Positions 10,287-23,839 of a DNA stretch of 64,000 bases are shown here, in pieces. The stretch's first letter is position 1; the number at the start of each line of letters is the position of its first letter. The stretch spans positions 1,536,001 to 1,600,000 of the forward strand of contig CAWDSK010000003.1 in NCBI GenBank assembly GCA_963804995.1, in the 5' to 3' direction. The notes under the pieces were generated by a model. It searched no databases and had not been told where the DNA came from. It was given only the letters and a program-made list of their open reading frames with translations. Origin of the DNA: an uncultured Acidobacteriota bacterium (lineage in GTDB: Bacteria; Acidobacteriota; Terriglobia; UBA7540). A program made the position numbers and the translations under genes.

Positions 10287-11236
10287 TTGAGCTGTGCCTT
10301 CGACGCCATGGCCACCTGGCTAAGCGTCCCAAACCATACGCCTGGTTTCGACTGCATGTAGGTCACCAGGCGGTCGAGCGCCGCCAGCCGCGAGCGGTGT
10401 CCGGTTACGAACGGGTGCATGGTGAGCACGAACATCGTCCCCTCTTCATACGCCCGGTCGAATTCACCTTTGTAGATTTCATAAACGTCAGTGTCGCCCA
10501 CGCGGTTGTAGGCGTTCGACTGCCGATCGTAACTGTAGTAGGCGTAGTCGTCGAGAATCCACTCAACCGGCAGCTCGATGAGTCCCGTGGGTTTCCCTTG
10601 CGCAACAATCTCATAGGGACGGTCGTCAGCCATCAGGCTGGTGTCATAGAGCAAGCCCAGGTCCTGGATGATGGAGAGCGTGTCAGCCGTGAAATCCCAG
10701 GACGGAGTGCGAATGCCTGCCGGCTTGTGGCCCAGGCGCCGGGTCCACCAATCGAACGCCCGCGTGGTCAGCTCGCGCTCCTGACCGGGTTTCAAGTCCC
10801 CTATGAGCTCATGAATCCAGCCGTGAATTCCGATTTCGTGTTTCAGGGGCGACTTCAGAATCGCGTCGATGGCGTCGGGGTGAAGTTGCGCGTCCACGGC
10901 GGGGACGAAGAAGGTCAGCGGAATTTTGTGCTTCTCCGCCATCCCCAGAATGCGCGGCACTCCCACACGCGGCCCATACTCGCCTCGCGAAAGCGGTTGC
11001 GCGGAGGTATTCCCCGACCGCAAGAAACCCGATTCCGCGTCAAAGTCGAAAGAAAGCCCCACGGCCACGCGTGCCCCCTGGGGCCATTTCTTGGGCGTCA
11101 GGTCACGCCCGGCGCGAATCTTGTCCACGACCGCTTGAATGCGGGGAAGATCCCACTCCCAGACCGGCGTCTGGGTCTGCGCCAGCAAGGGAACCACCAG
11201 GAATAGCCCACTGAGAATCACTGCGCTACGCTTCAT
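10283..11236 (-). CDS. Polysaccharide deacetylase (CE4, PuuE/PgdA-like), secreted
   Basis: SFDFDAE, HEIGIHGWIHE, RTPSW, TMHP. Confidence 0.88.
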   Translation of the reverse strand: MKRSAVILSGLFLVVPLLAQTQTPVWEWDLPRIQAVVDKIRAGRDLTPKKWPQGARVAVGLSFDFDAESGFLRSGNTSAQPLSRGEYGPRVGVPRILGMAEKHKIPLTFFVPAVDAQLHPDAIDAILKSPLKHEIGIHGWIHELIGDLKPGQERELTTRAFDWWTRRLGHKPAGIRTPSWDFTADTLSIIQDLGLLYDTSLMADDRPYEIVAQGKPTGLIELPVEWILDDYAYYSYDRQSNAYNRVGDTDVYEIYKGEFDRAYEEGTMFVLTMHPFVTGHRSRLAALDRLVTYMQSKPGVWFGTLSQVAMASKAQLK

Positions 11237-11342
11237 ACCAACCTCCTGACCTGCCAGCCGACTCCTTCAGGAAGGGGGGCTATATCAAAATGCCCAACGC
11301 ATGTCAATGCGCAGTTGTTTGTCGCAGCCGCAGATATGTTCC

Positions 11343-11685
11343 GTAGCGCGGTCCCCCGTCTTTTGAGGGGTCCGCGGTTCTTCGTTTGCAAAACCCGCAA
11401 ATCCCCAAAATACGGGCGGCGTCTTTGCCACGATACATTCGCTCAATTGGCATAGGAAGAGCCGCAGACCTCAACAGCGGAGGTCCGCGCTACCCTCGTG
11501 CATGGAATTCCATCGTGTTGTGCACAGAGCGAGCGGGCAGGGTTCGTAGCGCGGTCCCCCGTCTTTGGGGTCCGCGGTACTTCATTTGGAAAACCCGCAA
11601 ACGTTAACGACATGGGCCGGCCTTCGGAATCGGGTTCGTGACTCTCCCGAAGAACCGCAGACCCCAACGGCGGGGGTATGTGGCA
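11343..11685. repeat. Two tandem REPIN-like units, family B (GTAGCGCGGTCCCCCG...GGAGGTCCGCGCTAC)
   Basis: Units start at 11343 and 11546; homologous to 38615-38740 and 24102-24139. Confidence 0.85.
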
Positions 11686-11771
11686 GCCGGCGGGGACGCG
11701 CACCGGGCGATCGCTGCCGCCTGCTTTTCCCGACTCGTCGGGACTCGCACAAAGCGCTCGCTGCCTACTGC

Positions 11772-12875
11772 CTATTTCAGCGCCACCCCGTAAAAGTAAT
11801 TGTACATAGTGTTGTTGTTCACACTCGGCACACTCTTATAGGAAGAAAATAGAACTGCCTGGTTCAGGAAAGTCATAAAGACATCCTGCTGAGTGGTGGG
11901 CGTGGTCACCCGGAAAGTAAACAGGCCGAAGCAGGGATTCGCAAGTTCGTTAGGTCCGAAGAGGTAAGGGGTATCGGCAACGGCCGCCAGGGCGCCTTGG
12001 GCCATGACGCCGCCTTGGGCATTGAGGAGCGTGACATTCCCCAGGGCGTCGACCACCAGGCTCCCGATGCCCATGCTGGGGGTTCCTGTCTCCACGTTGC
12101 CCTGTCCGTAACTGGCATTTCCTTTGTGATAATACATGGTCTTGTAAGTAGCGGCGTAGGTAGGGTCAAAGGCCTTCGTAGCCGCCTGCTGCAAACCGAG
12201 GATAGCGCCATTGGGATTATCCACGGCGAAGATCCCGTTGGGAGTCCCGAAAATGTAATCGGGCTGACTGGCATTCTCGGTGAGCGTCATGAAGGTCCCG
12301 GAGGGATCTTCCTGCATGTTGGCGCCGGCAAAGCTGGAGGAATTGAAGGAACCTTGCTGGTTCTGTGCCCCGTAGGGCCAGTAGTCTGACGTGGTGATAT
12401 TGGTCTGCGCGTCGATATTGACTGAGCCGATGGAAACGCCGCCTACGGAAGTCCGAAACTGCATGTAGTTGTATTGTTGATTGTCGAAGGTGCCAGGCGA
12501 GATCTGAGAGGCTTGGACCGCGGTGACCAAGGCCAACGTGTTGTGGTTGGGGCCCGTCTTGGCCGCCTGAATGAGCAGAACATAATTAGGGACCTCAAAG
12601 GCCGCCAGCAAGTTGCCGTTGGGATCGCTCAGGGTATAAGTCCCATCGGCGTTTGCCGTGTAGGCAACCGTCCCGCTGTCACTATTGGAATGATTTGTAT
12701 AAGTCAGGGTTTGCGCATTGGGATCGAGCGACACCGTAAAGAAATCACCGACCGATGCGGTTCCTGTGTATGTCCGCACTGCGGAGGGCTGCGAAACAGG
12801 CGTTGTCACACTTCCTGAACCGCAACCCATCGTTCCCAGAGCTAAGATGATGGCTATTGCAATACGATATTTCAT
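11772..12875 (-). CDS. Hypothetical lipoprotein, beta-rich
   Basis: Signal peptide ending in lipobox-like TMGC; T/N/S/G-rich; GAGGT RBS. Confidence 0.7.
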   Translation of the reverse strand: MKYRIAIAIILALGTMGCGSGSVTTPVSQPSAVRTYTGTASVGDFFTVSLDPNAQTLTYTNHSNSDSGTVAYTANADGTYTLSDPNGNLLAAFEVPNYVLLIQAAKTGPNHNTLALVTAVQASQISPGTFDNQQYNYMQFRTSVGGVSIGSVNIDAQTNITTSDYWPYGAQNQQGSFNSSSFAGANMQEDPSGTFMTLTENASQPDYIFGTPNGIFAVDNPNGAILGLQQAATKAFDPTYAATYKTMYYHKGNASYGQGNVETGTPSMGIGSLVVDALGNVTLLNAQGGVMAQGALAAVADTPYLFGPNELANPCFGLFTFRVTTPTTQQDVFMTFLNQAVLFSSYKSVPSVNNNTMYNYFYGVALK

Positions 12876-13096
12876 GGATACACCTCGCGTAGTTTGGAGA
12901 CATCAATTAAGGGCTATCGGGAATCGGCCGCGAAACTTTAGAAGGATGAGAGAGATTTTAAGCGGGGTGCAGCGCCGGACATGAGGGGACCCTCATCGTC
13001 ACCGTTGGCTGGCCCAGCGGAGCCGCCAACCACGAGTTGATGGGGGTGGTGTGATAACATCGCTTCTTTATGACCCGGCAGAAAGGAGTAGGGAAA

Positions 13097-13622
13097 ATGG
13101 ATGATCCTGAACTTATCGAGCTGCGCGGACTGCTTGACCAGCATGAAAAGCTCGTCTACGAAGCCGTCAAGGCCGGTGTGGTGGACGGCCTCCCGCACGA
13201 AAGTCAACTCTACGCACAAGCGATACAAGAACACGTGCACCTGAAGCACGTTCACAACGCCCTTGAGTTCGCAGACCTGCGAGACGGAGCGCCCTACGAA
13301 ATCACATTCAAGGGGGATACGGTGAATCCCCTGGCCCACCTCGCGGTGCATTCGGCCGTCAAGGGACAGATTGAAAAGGACCCTTTGGTAAGGGCCGCTT
13401 TTGAAAAGATGGTGGCCACCGGCACTTCAGCTCATCAGGCCGAACACCTACTCGCTGCCATGCTCACGGAGCTACTGTGGGAGTACAGCCAGGCCGCCGA
13501 GGGTGGGCATGAGAGAGCAAGGTCGATCTACTATCGCAAAATCAAGAAGCTCAACTGGGGTTCGGCCTTTCGCAAAAAAACTTACCCAAAAGTTCAGTGC
13601 CGATCATTTCGTGTTCGAATAG
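13097..13622 (+). CDS. DUF1841-like protein; extra A in run 13574-13580
   Basis: QAIQEH...VNPLAHLAVHSAVKGQI...HQAEH pattern; removing one A gives a natural end KKLTQKFSADHFVFE. Confidence 0.6.
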
Positions 13623-13858
13623 GAAGGCCCGCCAAGACGGGCCTCAGGATTGGTTGAGTGAATCTCAGGAAGGACTTTACCGCAGAGGCGCTGAGACGCG
13701 GAGAAAAGGGGTTTTCATTTTCAGATCTTTCCGCCTCCGCGCCTCTGCGCTAACAAGAGCACCTAAGGATTGTTGTACTGCCTTTTGCCTTTTGCCTACT
13801 GCCTTTCCCGACTTTGTCGGGACTCGCAGAAAGCGCTCGCTGCCTTTCTGCTCCCTCG

Positions 13859-14785
13859 CTACACCCCGATAATCCCCACCAACTCCTTCACCGCGGCTGC
13901 GGATTTTTCGAGTGCGGCCTGTTCTTCGGGCGTCAGCTTGATCGTAACGATTTCTTCAATCCCCTTCGCACCCAACTTAACGGGCACGCCTACAAACAAT
14001 CCGTTAATTCCGTACTCACCCTCGAGATAGGCGGCGCAGGGCAGTATCTTCTTGCGGTCGTTGAAGATCGCATCGATCATCTGCACCACCGCGGCCGAGG
14101 GCGCATAGAACGCGCTGCCGGTCTTCAGCAGATTCACGATCTCCGCGCCACCCTTGCGCGTGCGGTCAATAATCTTATCGAGTTGATCTTTGGGCATGAG
14201 TTGCGCCACCGGCACGCCTGCCACCGTGGTGTAGCTTGGGACCGGCACCATGGTGTCGCCATGCCCGCCCAGGACCAAGCCCTCCACGTCCTGCACGGAA
14301 ACGTTCAGGGCTTCGGCGATAAACGTCCGGTAGCGCGCGGAATCAAGCACCCCCGCCATGCCGATTACACGGTTCTTGGGGAAGCCGCTGACGCGAAAGG
14401 CGGTCTGCACCATGGCGTCCAAGGGATTCGTCACCACAATCAGAATCGAGTTGGGCGACTGCTTGGCCGCCTGCTCGACGGCGGAATGCACAACCTCAAA
14501 GTTGGCTCGCAGCAAATCGTCGCGACTCATGCCGGGCTTGCGAGGAAACCCTGCGGTCATCACTACGATGTCAGAATCCGCCGTGTCCTGGTAGTCGTTC
14601 GTGCCCTTGATCTTGACGTTGTAGCCTTCGATCGGGCCCGCTTCAAGCAGGTCCAATCCCTTGCCCTGCGGCACGCCCTCCAGGATGTCGATGATCACCA
14701 CATCGGCCAGTTGTTTGTCCACGATGCGGTGGGCAAGCGTCGCCCCCACGTTCCCTGCCCCGATTACTGTGACTTTTTTACGCAT
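13859..14785 (-). CDS. mdh: Malate dehydrogenase (LDH-like)
   Basis: [32 protein letters not shown]. Confidence 0.96.
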   Translation of the reverse strand: MRKKVTVIGAGNVGATLAHRIVDKQLADVVIIDILEGVPQGKGLDLLEAGPIEGYNVKIKGTNDYQDTADSDIVVMTAGFPRKPGMSRDDLLRANFEVVHSAVEQAAKQSPNSILIVVTNPLDAMVQTAFRVSGFPKNRVIGMAGVLDSARYRTFIAEALNVSVQDVEGLVLGGHGDTMVPVPSYTTVAGVPVAQLMPKDQLDKIIDRTRKGGAEIVNLLKTGSAFYAPSAAVVQMIDAIFNDRKKILPCAAYLEGEYGINGLFVGVPVKLGAKGIEEIVTIKLTPEEQAALEKSAAAVKELVGIIGV

Positions 14786-14910
14786 AAATCCTCCCCCAAA
14801 GATATTGGGTGATCCAGCGATCGGGCGATCCGGCGAACAAAAACCATTCCGATGCAGATTGTTCCTTGCTCACCCGATCTCCCGATCTACCGATCACCCG
14901 ATGATTCCGC

Positions 14911-16335
<1,425 letters not shown>

Positions 16336-16494
16336 GGGTCAAAACCCTCTTTCTTGGTCGATTGCTTGTCACGTGGGCACTTACGTCGCGAGACTTTTAT
16401 ACCGAAAACAGTAAGAATAGTACACCCAGCAACAAGGAGACAAGGAGAGATTTGGTCTTTCGATCTACCGCCTATGTCCGCCGATTGCAGAGCG

Positions 16495-17754
16495 TTACTC
16501 ATACCGCAGGGCGGTGATGGGATCGAGTCGCGCTGCCTTCAAAGCTGGCCAGAGACCGAAGAACAAACCGACGCCTGTTGAGACAACAAAGCCTGCTACG
16601 ACTGACCACAGGGGGACGGTGGACGGCAGGCTAGGCACCAGGGTTCGGATGAGGAAGCTCAGCAGCCAGCCTACAGCGATTCCGATGATTCCACCTGAAC
16701 CGGTGAGCGTGACGGCCTCCAGCAGAAATTGCCAGGCGATATCGCGCTGGCGCGCGCCCACGGCCTTGCGCACGCCAATCTCCCGGGTGCGTTCCGTAAC
16801 CGACACCAGCATGATGTCCATGACGCCGATGCCCCCCACCAGCAAGCCGATGGAGGAGATCACCACCATCACCAGCGCCACGGTGCTGATAATGTCGCGA
16901 AACTCCGTGATGATGGACTCCGCCGTGGCGATCCCAAAGTTGTCCGGCTCGCTGGGTTTCACGTGACGGCGGCGGCGCAGGAGACCACGGATTTCATCCT
17001 GCGCCTCGTTCATCCGTCCGCGGGAAGCCAGGGCGCTGATGAAATGATCTCTCGCCGCAGGATAGAGCTTCTTGTAGGTCCAATAGGGTATAAAAATGTC
17101 ACGGTCGTCAGGACTGTCACCCAGGACTCCCTTAAACTTGTGGAGTGTGCCGATGACTTCCAAGGAGTGCCCATCCACAACCACGGTTTTGCCGACGGGA
17201 TCTTCGTGCTGAAAGAGTTGTTCCACCACATTGGCGGCAATGACGGTGACATCCCGCCGATGCAGATCGTCCGTCTGGGTGAAAAAACGGCCGTCGGCGA
17301 GAGAGGAGTTGGCGAGCGCCAGATAGTTCGCGTCCACACCCATATACTGTGCCCCTGCCATCTCGCGGCCCTTGTAACGCGCCGTGGAGGGTGGCAAGCC
17401 AAACTCGGCCATCTCACTGAACAGGCCCACCGACACCTCCTCGACGTCGGGGCATTGCTCCTTGATGGCCTTGGCGTCCTCGTAGCTCAGCGGTTTGCGC
17501 AGCCGCTCCTCGCGCGTCAGGCGGTGGGGCGCCCCCATCTCAAGCTTATAAAGCCAGATCACCCTCGTCCCAAATTGCTCCGCTGCCTGCACCAATTGCG
17601 CGTCGAGACCCGAAACGATCGAAGCCACTGCAATCACCGTGGTGGTGCCGATGAGGACGCCCAGCACGGTGAGAAAAGACCGGAACTTGTGCGCGCGCAG
17701 GGTGTCGAGCGCCAACCACAGGTTTTCACCGACGGCTTGCCAGTACGTCTTCAT
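16495..17754 (-). CDS. ABC transporter permease, MacB/FtsX family
   Basis: RSFLTVLGVLIG, SVTERTREIGVRKAVGA, RLDPITALRYE. Confidence 0.92.
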   Translation of the reverse strand: MKTYWQAVGENLWLALDTLRAHKFRSFLTVLGVLIGTTTVIAVASIVSGLDAQLVQAAEQFGTRVIWLYKLEMGAPHRLTREERLRKPLSYEDAKAIKEQCPDVEEVSVGLFSEMAEFGLPPSTARYKGREMAGAQYMGVDANYLALANSSLADGRFFTQTDDLHRRDVTVIAANVVEQLFQHEDPVGKTVVVDGHSLEVIGTLHKFKGVLGDSPDDRDIFIPYWTYKKLYPAARDHFISALASRGRMNEAQDEIRGLLRRRRHVKPSEPDNFGIATAESIITEFRDIISTVALVMVVISSIGLLVGGIGVMDIMLVSVTERTREIGVRKAVGARQRDIAWQFLLEAVTLTGSGGIIGIAVGWLLSFLIRTLVPSLPSTVPLWSVVAGFVVSTGVGLFFGLWPALKAARLDPITALRYE

Positions 17755-17755
17755 G

Positions 17756-19054
17756 CTATTTCTCGGCACGCAGCGCCTGAATGGGATCAAGCGCCGCCGC
17801 CCTCCGGGCTGGGTAGATGCCGAAGAAGAGCCCTACCAGGGTCGAAACGGTAAGCCCCACGATCACCGCGCTGAGGGGCACTTCAGCAGTGAAAATGACG
17901 GCCACCAAACGCGCCAGGGCATAGGAGATGAGCACTCCCGTAAGGCCGCCGAGGCCCGCCAGTGCCGCAGCTTCGATCAGGAATTGCCATAGGATGTCGC
18001 TGCGCTTCGCCCCCACAGATTTGCGAATTCCGATCTCGTGGGTGCGCTCGGTGACCGTGGCCAACATGATGTTCATAATCACAATTCCGCCCACCACCAT
18101 GAACACCGCCACGATGCCAATCGTGACGGCAAAGATGGTGCCCGTCAGGTTCTGCCAGGCGCTCATCAGGGTTTCGGAGGCGTTGATGCCGAAGGTGTCG
18201 TCCTCGCAGTAGGGCACGTGGCGGCGCGCCCGCATCAGGATTCGAACCTCGTCCTCCAACTCCATCATATGCTGAGCGTCCGGGGCTTTGATGAAAACGA
18301 TCAGCTCCAGGTGGGGCATGAAAAGATTCCGGAAAGTGCCGAGAGGAATGAATACAAAATTGTCCTGGCTCACGCCGAAGGTGGAGCCCACCTTCTCCGC
18401 CACGCCCACCACGGTGAAGTTATGGCCTCCCACCACCAATTCCTTGCCAATGGGATCGGCGGAGGGGAAAAGCTTCTCCACAATGTCTTGGCCAACAAAG
18501 CAAACCCGCGTATTGTGGCGGTAGTCCTGGTCGGTGATGTACCGTCCCCACGCCACTTTTTCGCGGCCGATGTAGGCGTGGCTGGAGGTGATTCCCATCA
18601 GCGTCACCTCGGTGATCGACCGCCCGCCATATCGCGCCTCGGGACCGTTTTGTGGTTGCGCGATAGCGCTGATGGCCTCATAGCCGCTCAGCGTTTCCCG
18701 CAGGTATTCGTACTCCTCGAAACGGATGGGCCGGTTGTGCCGCAAAGCTTTCAGGAACTCGTCGTACCCCTGCGCCCACTTGAACTGATGAAGCACGAAA
18801 GTGTTCGTACCGAGATTGGCAATTTTGGTGGCGATATAGAGGTTCATGCCGTTCACCACCGACATCACAACGATCAGGGTGGTAGTGGCGATGACAACGC
18901 CGAGCAGGGTGAGGAAGGAGCGCAGCTTGTGGGTGCGTAGTTCTTCCAGCGCCAGCCAGAAAGCCTCGCGCGCCGGAATCCAGAAACCAGCGTGCTGCCG
19001 GAGCTTTTCCCGCAAGCGTGCAATGGCCGTGCGGGTTCGGCTAAAAATGGACAT
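17756..19054 (-). CDS. ABC transporter permease, MacB/FtsX family
   Basis: RSFLTLLGVVI, IMNIMLATVTERTHEIGIRK, LDPIQALR. Confidence 0.92.
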   Translation of the reverse strand: MSIFSRTRTAIARLREKLRQHAGFWIPAREAFWLALEELRTHKLRSFLTLLGVVIATTTLIVVMSVVNGMNLYIATKIANLGTNTFVLHQFKWAQGYDEFLKALRHNRPIRFEEYEYLRETLSGYEAISAIAQPQNGPEARYGGRSITEVTLMGITSSHAYIGREKVAWGRYITDQDYRHNTRVCFVGQDIVEKLFPSADPIGKELVVGGHNFTVVGVAEKVGSTFGVSQDNFVFIPLGTFRNLFMPHLELIVFIKAPDAQHMMELEDEVRILMRARRHVPYCEDDTFGINASETLMSAWQNLTGTIFAVTIGIVAVFMVVGGIVIMNIMLATVTERTHEIGIRKSVGAKRSDILWQFLIEAAALAGLGGLTGVLISYALARLVAVIFTAEVPLSAVIVGLTVSTLVGLFFGIYPARRAAALDPIQALRAEK

Positions 19055-19090
19055 GTCAACTGCGTTCCGCGCCTGAAGGCACCTGCGCGA

Positions 19091-21805
19091 TCACGCCGGC
19101 TTCAGCAGGCTGCGGAGAACTGTGGGCAGGATGCCGCCGTTGCGATAATAGTTCACTTCCACAGCGGAGTCGAGTCGCGCGATGGCCTGGAAAGTTTGCT
19201 TCCTGCCATTGGGCGCAACGGCGGTCACGGTAAGTTCGGAGCGCGGGCTTATCTCATTGCTCAGGCCCGTGATGTCGAAAACCTCTTGCCCGGTCAGGCC
19301 GAGAGTCGAAGCGTTTGCGCCTTCGCGAAACTGCAACGGCAGCACACCCATACCCACCAGGTTGCTGCGATGAATGCGCTCGTAGGATTCGGCGAGCACC
19401 GCCCGCACTCCCAACAACAGCGTGCCCTTCGCGGCCCAGTCGCGTGACGAGCCTGAGCCGTATTCTATCCCTGCCAGGATAACCAAGGGCACGCCTTCCT
19501 CGCGATAACGCAAGGCGGCATCGTAAATGCTCATCCGTTCGCCGTCGGGAAGGTGCAACGTAATGCCACCTTCCGTTCCTGGGGCAAGCAAATTCTTCAG
19601 CCGGATGTTCGCAAACGTCCCGCGTACCATCACACGATCGTTCCCACGCCGCGAGCCAAAGGAATTGAAGTCCTTCTTCGTCACGCCGTGCTCAACCAAG
19701 AAGCGGCCCGCGGGACCGTCCAACGGAATATCGCCGGCAGGAGAAATGTGGTCCGTGGTCACGGAATCACCGAGCATCGCCAGCACCCGCGCCCCGTGAA
19801 TCTCACGAATGGCAGAAGGGTCAGGCGTCAGTCCGGTAAAGAACGGCGGCTCCTGAATGTAGGTCGAGTCAGCCTGCCAATTGTAGAGCGCGCCCCCGGC
19901 AACAGGAATGGCATTCCAGGTAAGATTCCCATCCCAGGCATTCTGGTAACTCTCGCGAAACATCTCAGGGCGAACCGTGCGGCCCAGGGTCTCTGCCACT
20001 TCCGCTTGCGAAGGCCAGATATCCCGCAAATAGACGGCATTCCCCTGGCGGTCTTTCCCCAGGGGCTCGGTCGCCAAATCGATATCCACCGTTCCTGCCA
20101 GCGCGTACGCCACCACCAGCGGCGGGGAGGCCAGGTAATTGGCGCGCACCTGGGGATGCACGCGGCCTTCAAAATTGCGATTGCCGGAAAGTACCGCCGC
20201 GGCCACAAGCTGATTGTCGCTCACCGCGCTCGCCACTTCCGCGGGCAACGGTCCACTATTGCCAATGCAGGTTGTGCAACCGTAACCCACCAGGTTAAAG
20301 CGCAGCGCCGCGAGTGATTCGAGTAATCCGGCCGCCTGCAAGTATTCCGTTACCACCTTGGAACCGGGTGCGAGACTGGTTTTAACGTAAGGAGGAACCT
20401 GCAAACCCTTTTCGAGCGCCTTCTTCGCCAGCAAACCCGCACCAAGCATCACCGAGGGATTCGAAGTGTTAGTGCAGGAAGTTATAGCGGCGATCACCAC
20501 GGAGCCATGACTGATTTTGGCGCTGGAGCCGTTAAAACCCACACTCGCGCTGCGGCCAGCGTCATCGGCGGAAAGCCCGAACCCCCGCTCTCTTACCGGA
20601 GCCGTCAGCGCGCGACGGAAGGCCTGCTTCATTTGTGAGAGTGGCACACGGTCTTGCGGGCGCTTGGGACCGGCCAGGCTGGGCTCAACCGTTGCGAGAT
20701 CCAGCTCCGACACGTCGGTGAACTCCGGGTCAGGCGTTGCGACGGTCCGGAAGATTCCCTGCTCCTTGGCGTAGCGCTCGACGCGATCAATCTCCTCTTC
20801 GGTGCGCCCCGTCTGGCGCATATAGCGCAGCGTCTCAGCGTCGATGGGGAAGAAGCCCATGGTTGCGCCGTACTCAGGAGACATGTTCGCAACCGTGGCG
20901 CGGTCGGCCAGCGACATCTCTGACAAGCCATCGCCAAAGAATTCCACGAACTGGTCCACCACGCCCTTCTTGCGTAGAATCTGGGTGACCGTCAGGACCA
21001 GGTCCGTGGCTGTCACGCCTTCCATCAGTTTTCCGGTCATGCGGAAGCCCACAACTTTAGGCGTCAGGAAGTAATAAGGTTGCCCCAGCATCGCAGCCTC
21101 GGCTTCGATCCCTCCCACACCCCAGCCCAGCACGCCGAGTCCGTTGATCATCGTGGTGTGCGAATCGGTCCCTACCAGCGTGTCGGGTAAGAGCACCGTA
21201 TCGCCATTCGTCTTCTGGGTTAGAACCACCTTGGCCAGGAATTCCAGATTGACCTGGTGGACAATGCCCGTGGCCGGAGGCACGACGCGAAAGTTTTGAA
21301 ACGCCTGTTGGCCCCAGCGCAGGAATTCGTAGCGCTCGCGGTTGCGTTCAAACTCGATCTCCGCGTTGCGTTCGAGCGCGGCCCCGCTGCCAAAGAAATC
21401 CACTTGCACAGAGTGGTCAATCACCAAATCAACCGGAACCAGAGGATTGATCTTGGCAGGGTCGCCACCCAGGCGCCGCATGGCGGCACGCATCGCGGCC
21501 AAGTCAACAACCGCAGGGACTCCGGTGAAATCCTGCAAAATCACGCGCGCCGGTTTGAAGGGTACTTCTCGTGACGCGGGAGACTTGGCATTCCACTTGA
21601 CGAGCGAGGCGACGTCCTCTTCCGTCACCAGCGTGCCATCACAATTCCGCAGCAAAGCTTCCAGCAGAACTTTGATGGAAAAAGGCAGACGGGATACCGC
21701 GCCCAGCCCCGACTTTTCCAGCCGCTCCAGGCGGTAGATGACGGCGGGGCCGCTGCTGCTTTCAAGTGTACCGCGTGCTCCAAAAAGGTCGTGTGTTCTC
21801 TCCAT
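19091..21805 (-). CDS. acnA: Aconitate hydratase A
   Basis: [43 protein letters not shown]. Confidence 0.97.
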   Translation of the reverse strand: MERTHDLFGARGTLESSSGPAVIYRLERLEKSGLGAVSRLPFSIKVLLEALLRNCDGTLVTEEDVASLVKWNAKSPASREVPFKPARVILQDFTGVPAVVDLAAMRAAMRRLGGDPAKINPLVPVDLVIDHSVQVDFFGSGAALERNAEIEFERNRERYEFLRWGQQAFQNFRVVPPATGIVHQVNLEFLAKVVLTQKTNGDTVLLPDTLVGTDSHTTMINGLGVLGWGVGGIEAEAAMLGQPYYFLTPKVVGFRMTGKLMEGVTATDLVLTVTQILRKKGVVDQFVEFFGDGLSEMSLADRATVANMSPEYGATMGFFPIDAETLRYMRQTGRTEEEIDRVERYAKEQGIFRTVATPDPEFTDVSELDLATVEPSLAGPKRPQDRVPLSQMKQAFRRALTAPVRERGFGLSADDAGRSASVGFNGSSAKISHGSVVIAAITSCTNTSNPSVMLGAGLLAKKALEKGLQVPPYVKTSLAPGSKVVTEYLQAAGLLESLAALRFNLVGYGCTTCIGNSGPLPAEVASAVSDNQLVAAAVLSGNRNFEGRVHPQVRANYLASPPLVVAYALAGTVDIDLATEPLGKDRQGNAVYLRDIWPSQAEVAETLGRTVRPEMFRESYQNAWDGNLTWNAIPVAGGALYNWQADSTYIQEPPFFTGLTPDPSAIREIHGARVLAMLGDSVTTDHISPAGDIPLDGPAGRFLVEHGVTKKDFNSFGSRRGNDRVMVRGTFANIRLKNLLAPGTEGGITLHLPDGERMSIYDAALRYREEGVPLVILAGIEYGSGSSRDWAAKGTLLLGVRAVLAESYERIHRSNLVGMGVLPLQFREGANASTLGLTGQEVFDITGLSNEISPRSELTVTAVAPNGRKQTFQAIARLDSAVEVNYYRNGGILPTVLRSLLKPA

Positions 21806-21945
21806 GCTTCCTCCGTAACTTCTACGATCCATGATAACGCCGAAGCGGGCGGGCAGTATGCGCTAGGCAGTCAGCAGATGGCGGTAGGCAATGTTGACAT
21901 AATATTATGCGCGCCCTAGTTAGCCCCTTGCTACCAGCGAAGGGA

Positions 21946-22014
21946 CCCCTCACCCGTCCCGCCCCGACTGGTGAAAGCGCCGGCCGCGGTCCACCCTCTC
22001 CCCACGGGAGAGGG
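21946..22014 (+). repeat. Repeat family C copy 2
   Basis: Matches 1333-1406. Confidence 0.88.
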
Positions 22015-22138
22015 CTAGGAATCAAAGTCTCCTCACCGGAGAGGGTCGGATATCAGAATCTGCGCCAGCTTCGAAAATGCAAAATCACAAATCTAAAATC
22101 CCAGAAAGCGGCAGTGCTTTCTGCTTTCTGCTTTCCGC

Positions 22139-23674
22139 CTACTGCCTTCTGCCTCCCGCCTTCCCTCCCCATCCCGGCGCCACATACCCCAGGGCTTTCT
22201 CCGCCGCGGCCCTTCCGGTCCGGATGCAGTCTGAGATCCCAATCCCCGAATAAGCGTTTCCTGAAAGATACAAACCGGGAAGCTCGGCAAGGCGCTCTTC
22301 GATGGCACGCACGCGCTCCGCATGGCCCACCGGGTATTGCGCCATCGAGGCGGGCCAGCGATGCACTCGGTAGAAGAGTGGCTCGGCAGTGAAATTCAAA
22401 ATCTCTTTCAGCTCGCGCCGCACCACGGTGACGACTTCTTCGTCACCGAGGCCAAGCGCTTTCGGATCGCGCCATCCACCCAGAAAGCAGCGGAGCAGCG
22501 CTTTCCCTTCTGGAGCGCGGTGGTCGAACTTGGCGTGAACAAAGGTGCAGGCCAACATGCGTCGCTGCTCCTTGCGGGGGACCAGAAATCCGAAGCCTGC
22601 GGGGAGGGTGGCCCGCGCGCGGTCATCAAAGGCGAGCGAGACAGTCATCGAGGAACTATAAGGGATGCCCTCAAGCAACTCACTCAAGCGATGATCCAAG
22701 GAGGGAACCAATCCGCCATTCACGTACGCGGGCAGGGCGAGAATCACTGCATCCGCGTCGAAAGACGGGTGGCCTTCACATCCAATCTGGAATCGTCGCG
22801 AGCAGGAATCAGCAACACCCCCGGGCCCCCCCGGCGCAAACTCAATCGAGGCCACGCGGCGCCCCACAAACACTCGCGACTTCTCCACCTGGGCCGCAAG
22901 CTTTTCCGTCATCTGCTGGAGCCCGCCCTTGAGAGTCATGAAGAGCGGCAGCTTGCGAGGCGGCGCGGTGCCCGTTCCCGCCGAATCCAGGCCATTCGAG
23001 TTATTCGAGTTCGCCTCGCGTCGCTTCCGCATAGCCTGGAGTGTGGCACGCGTCAGGCTGCCGTACTTACGTTCCATCTCCCAAAAACGCGGCAGCACAG
23101 AACGGACGCTGAGCGCCGTTGAATCGCCACCATAAACGCCAGCCAGCAACGGGTCGGCGATATTCTCAACCATCGCCTGCCCGAAGTGCCGATTGACGAA
23201 GCACGCTACCGACTCATCCCCCCGATCCTGATCCGGAGGTGAGCAAAATAGTTCGCGCGCCGCTGCAATTTTCGCGCTGAGTGGAAGTAAGCGCGTTGTC
23301 ACCATCGGCCAGAGACGCGTGGGCACCAAAAACATCAACCCATCGGGCAGCGGCGCCAATTGCCCCTGATGGAGAATGTACGTGCGGCGCGCCTGGTCAT
23401 TCGAGCCCATCAGGTTGTCGCCCAACCCCAGTTCCCGCGCCAAGGCGGCGGCTTGCGGCTTTTCGGCGAGAAAACTGTCGGGCCCGGCTTCGATCACGAA
23501 GCCGTCAATCGTGTCGGTGCGAATCACGCCGCCCAAGCGGTCGCTTGCCTCGATCAGTATTTCCTCGACGGGCGCACCGGCCTGGCGAGCGCGAGCGAGC
23601 GTGTAGGCGGCGGCGAGGCCGGAAATTCCTCCGCCAATCACCGCCACTCGTCGAACATTGCTCCCGTCACTCAA
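22139..23674 (-). CDS. hemY: HemY-type proto/coproporphyrinogen oxidase
   Basis: GGGISGL FAD motif, EAGPDSFL, GFGFLVP, QYPVGH, GIGISDC. Confidence 0.92.
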   Translation of the reverse strand: MSDGSNVRRVAVIGGGISGLAAAYTLARARQAGAPVEEILIEASDRLGGVIRTDTIDGFVIEAGPDSFLAEKPQAAALARELGLGDNLMGSNDQARRTYILHQGQLAPLPDGLMFLVPTRLWPMVTTRLLPLSAKIAAARELFCSPPDQDRGDESVACFVNRHFGQAMVENIADPLLAGVYGGDSTALSVRSVLPRFWEMERKYGSLTRATLQAMRKRREANSNNSNGLDSAGTGTAPPRKLPLFMTLKGGLQQMTEKLAAQVEKSRVFVGRRVASIEFAPGGPGGVADSCSRRFQIGCEGHPSFDADAVILALPAYVNGGLVPSLDHRLSELLEGIPYSSSMTVSLAFDDRARATLPAGFGFLVPRKEQRRMLACTFVHAKFDHRAPEGKALLRCFLGGWRDPKALGLGDEEVVTVVRRELKEILNFTAEPLFYRVHRWPASMAQYPVGHAERVRAIEERLAELPGLYLSGNAYSGIGISDCIRTGRAAAEKALGYVAPGWGGKAGGRRQ

Positions 23675-23839
23675 ATCTTTATGCTCCCGACTCTGATTAG
23701 GAAGATGCTATAGCTTGGTGTGCAAACAATATGTTTGGCCGCCAAAATCACCGATGGTCAGTAGCTAGCGTGGCGCCCCGATGATAGTTTTTGAATTTAT
23801 AAGTTGTAAATAGTCCTGACGCCCCGTCCGTGGAAGTAA

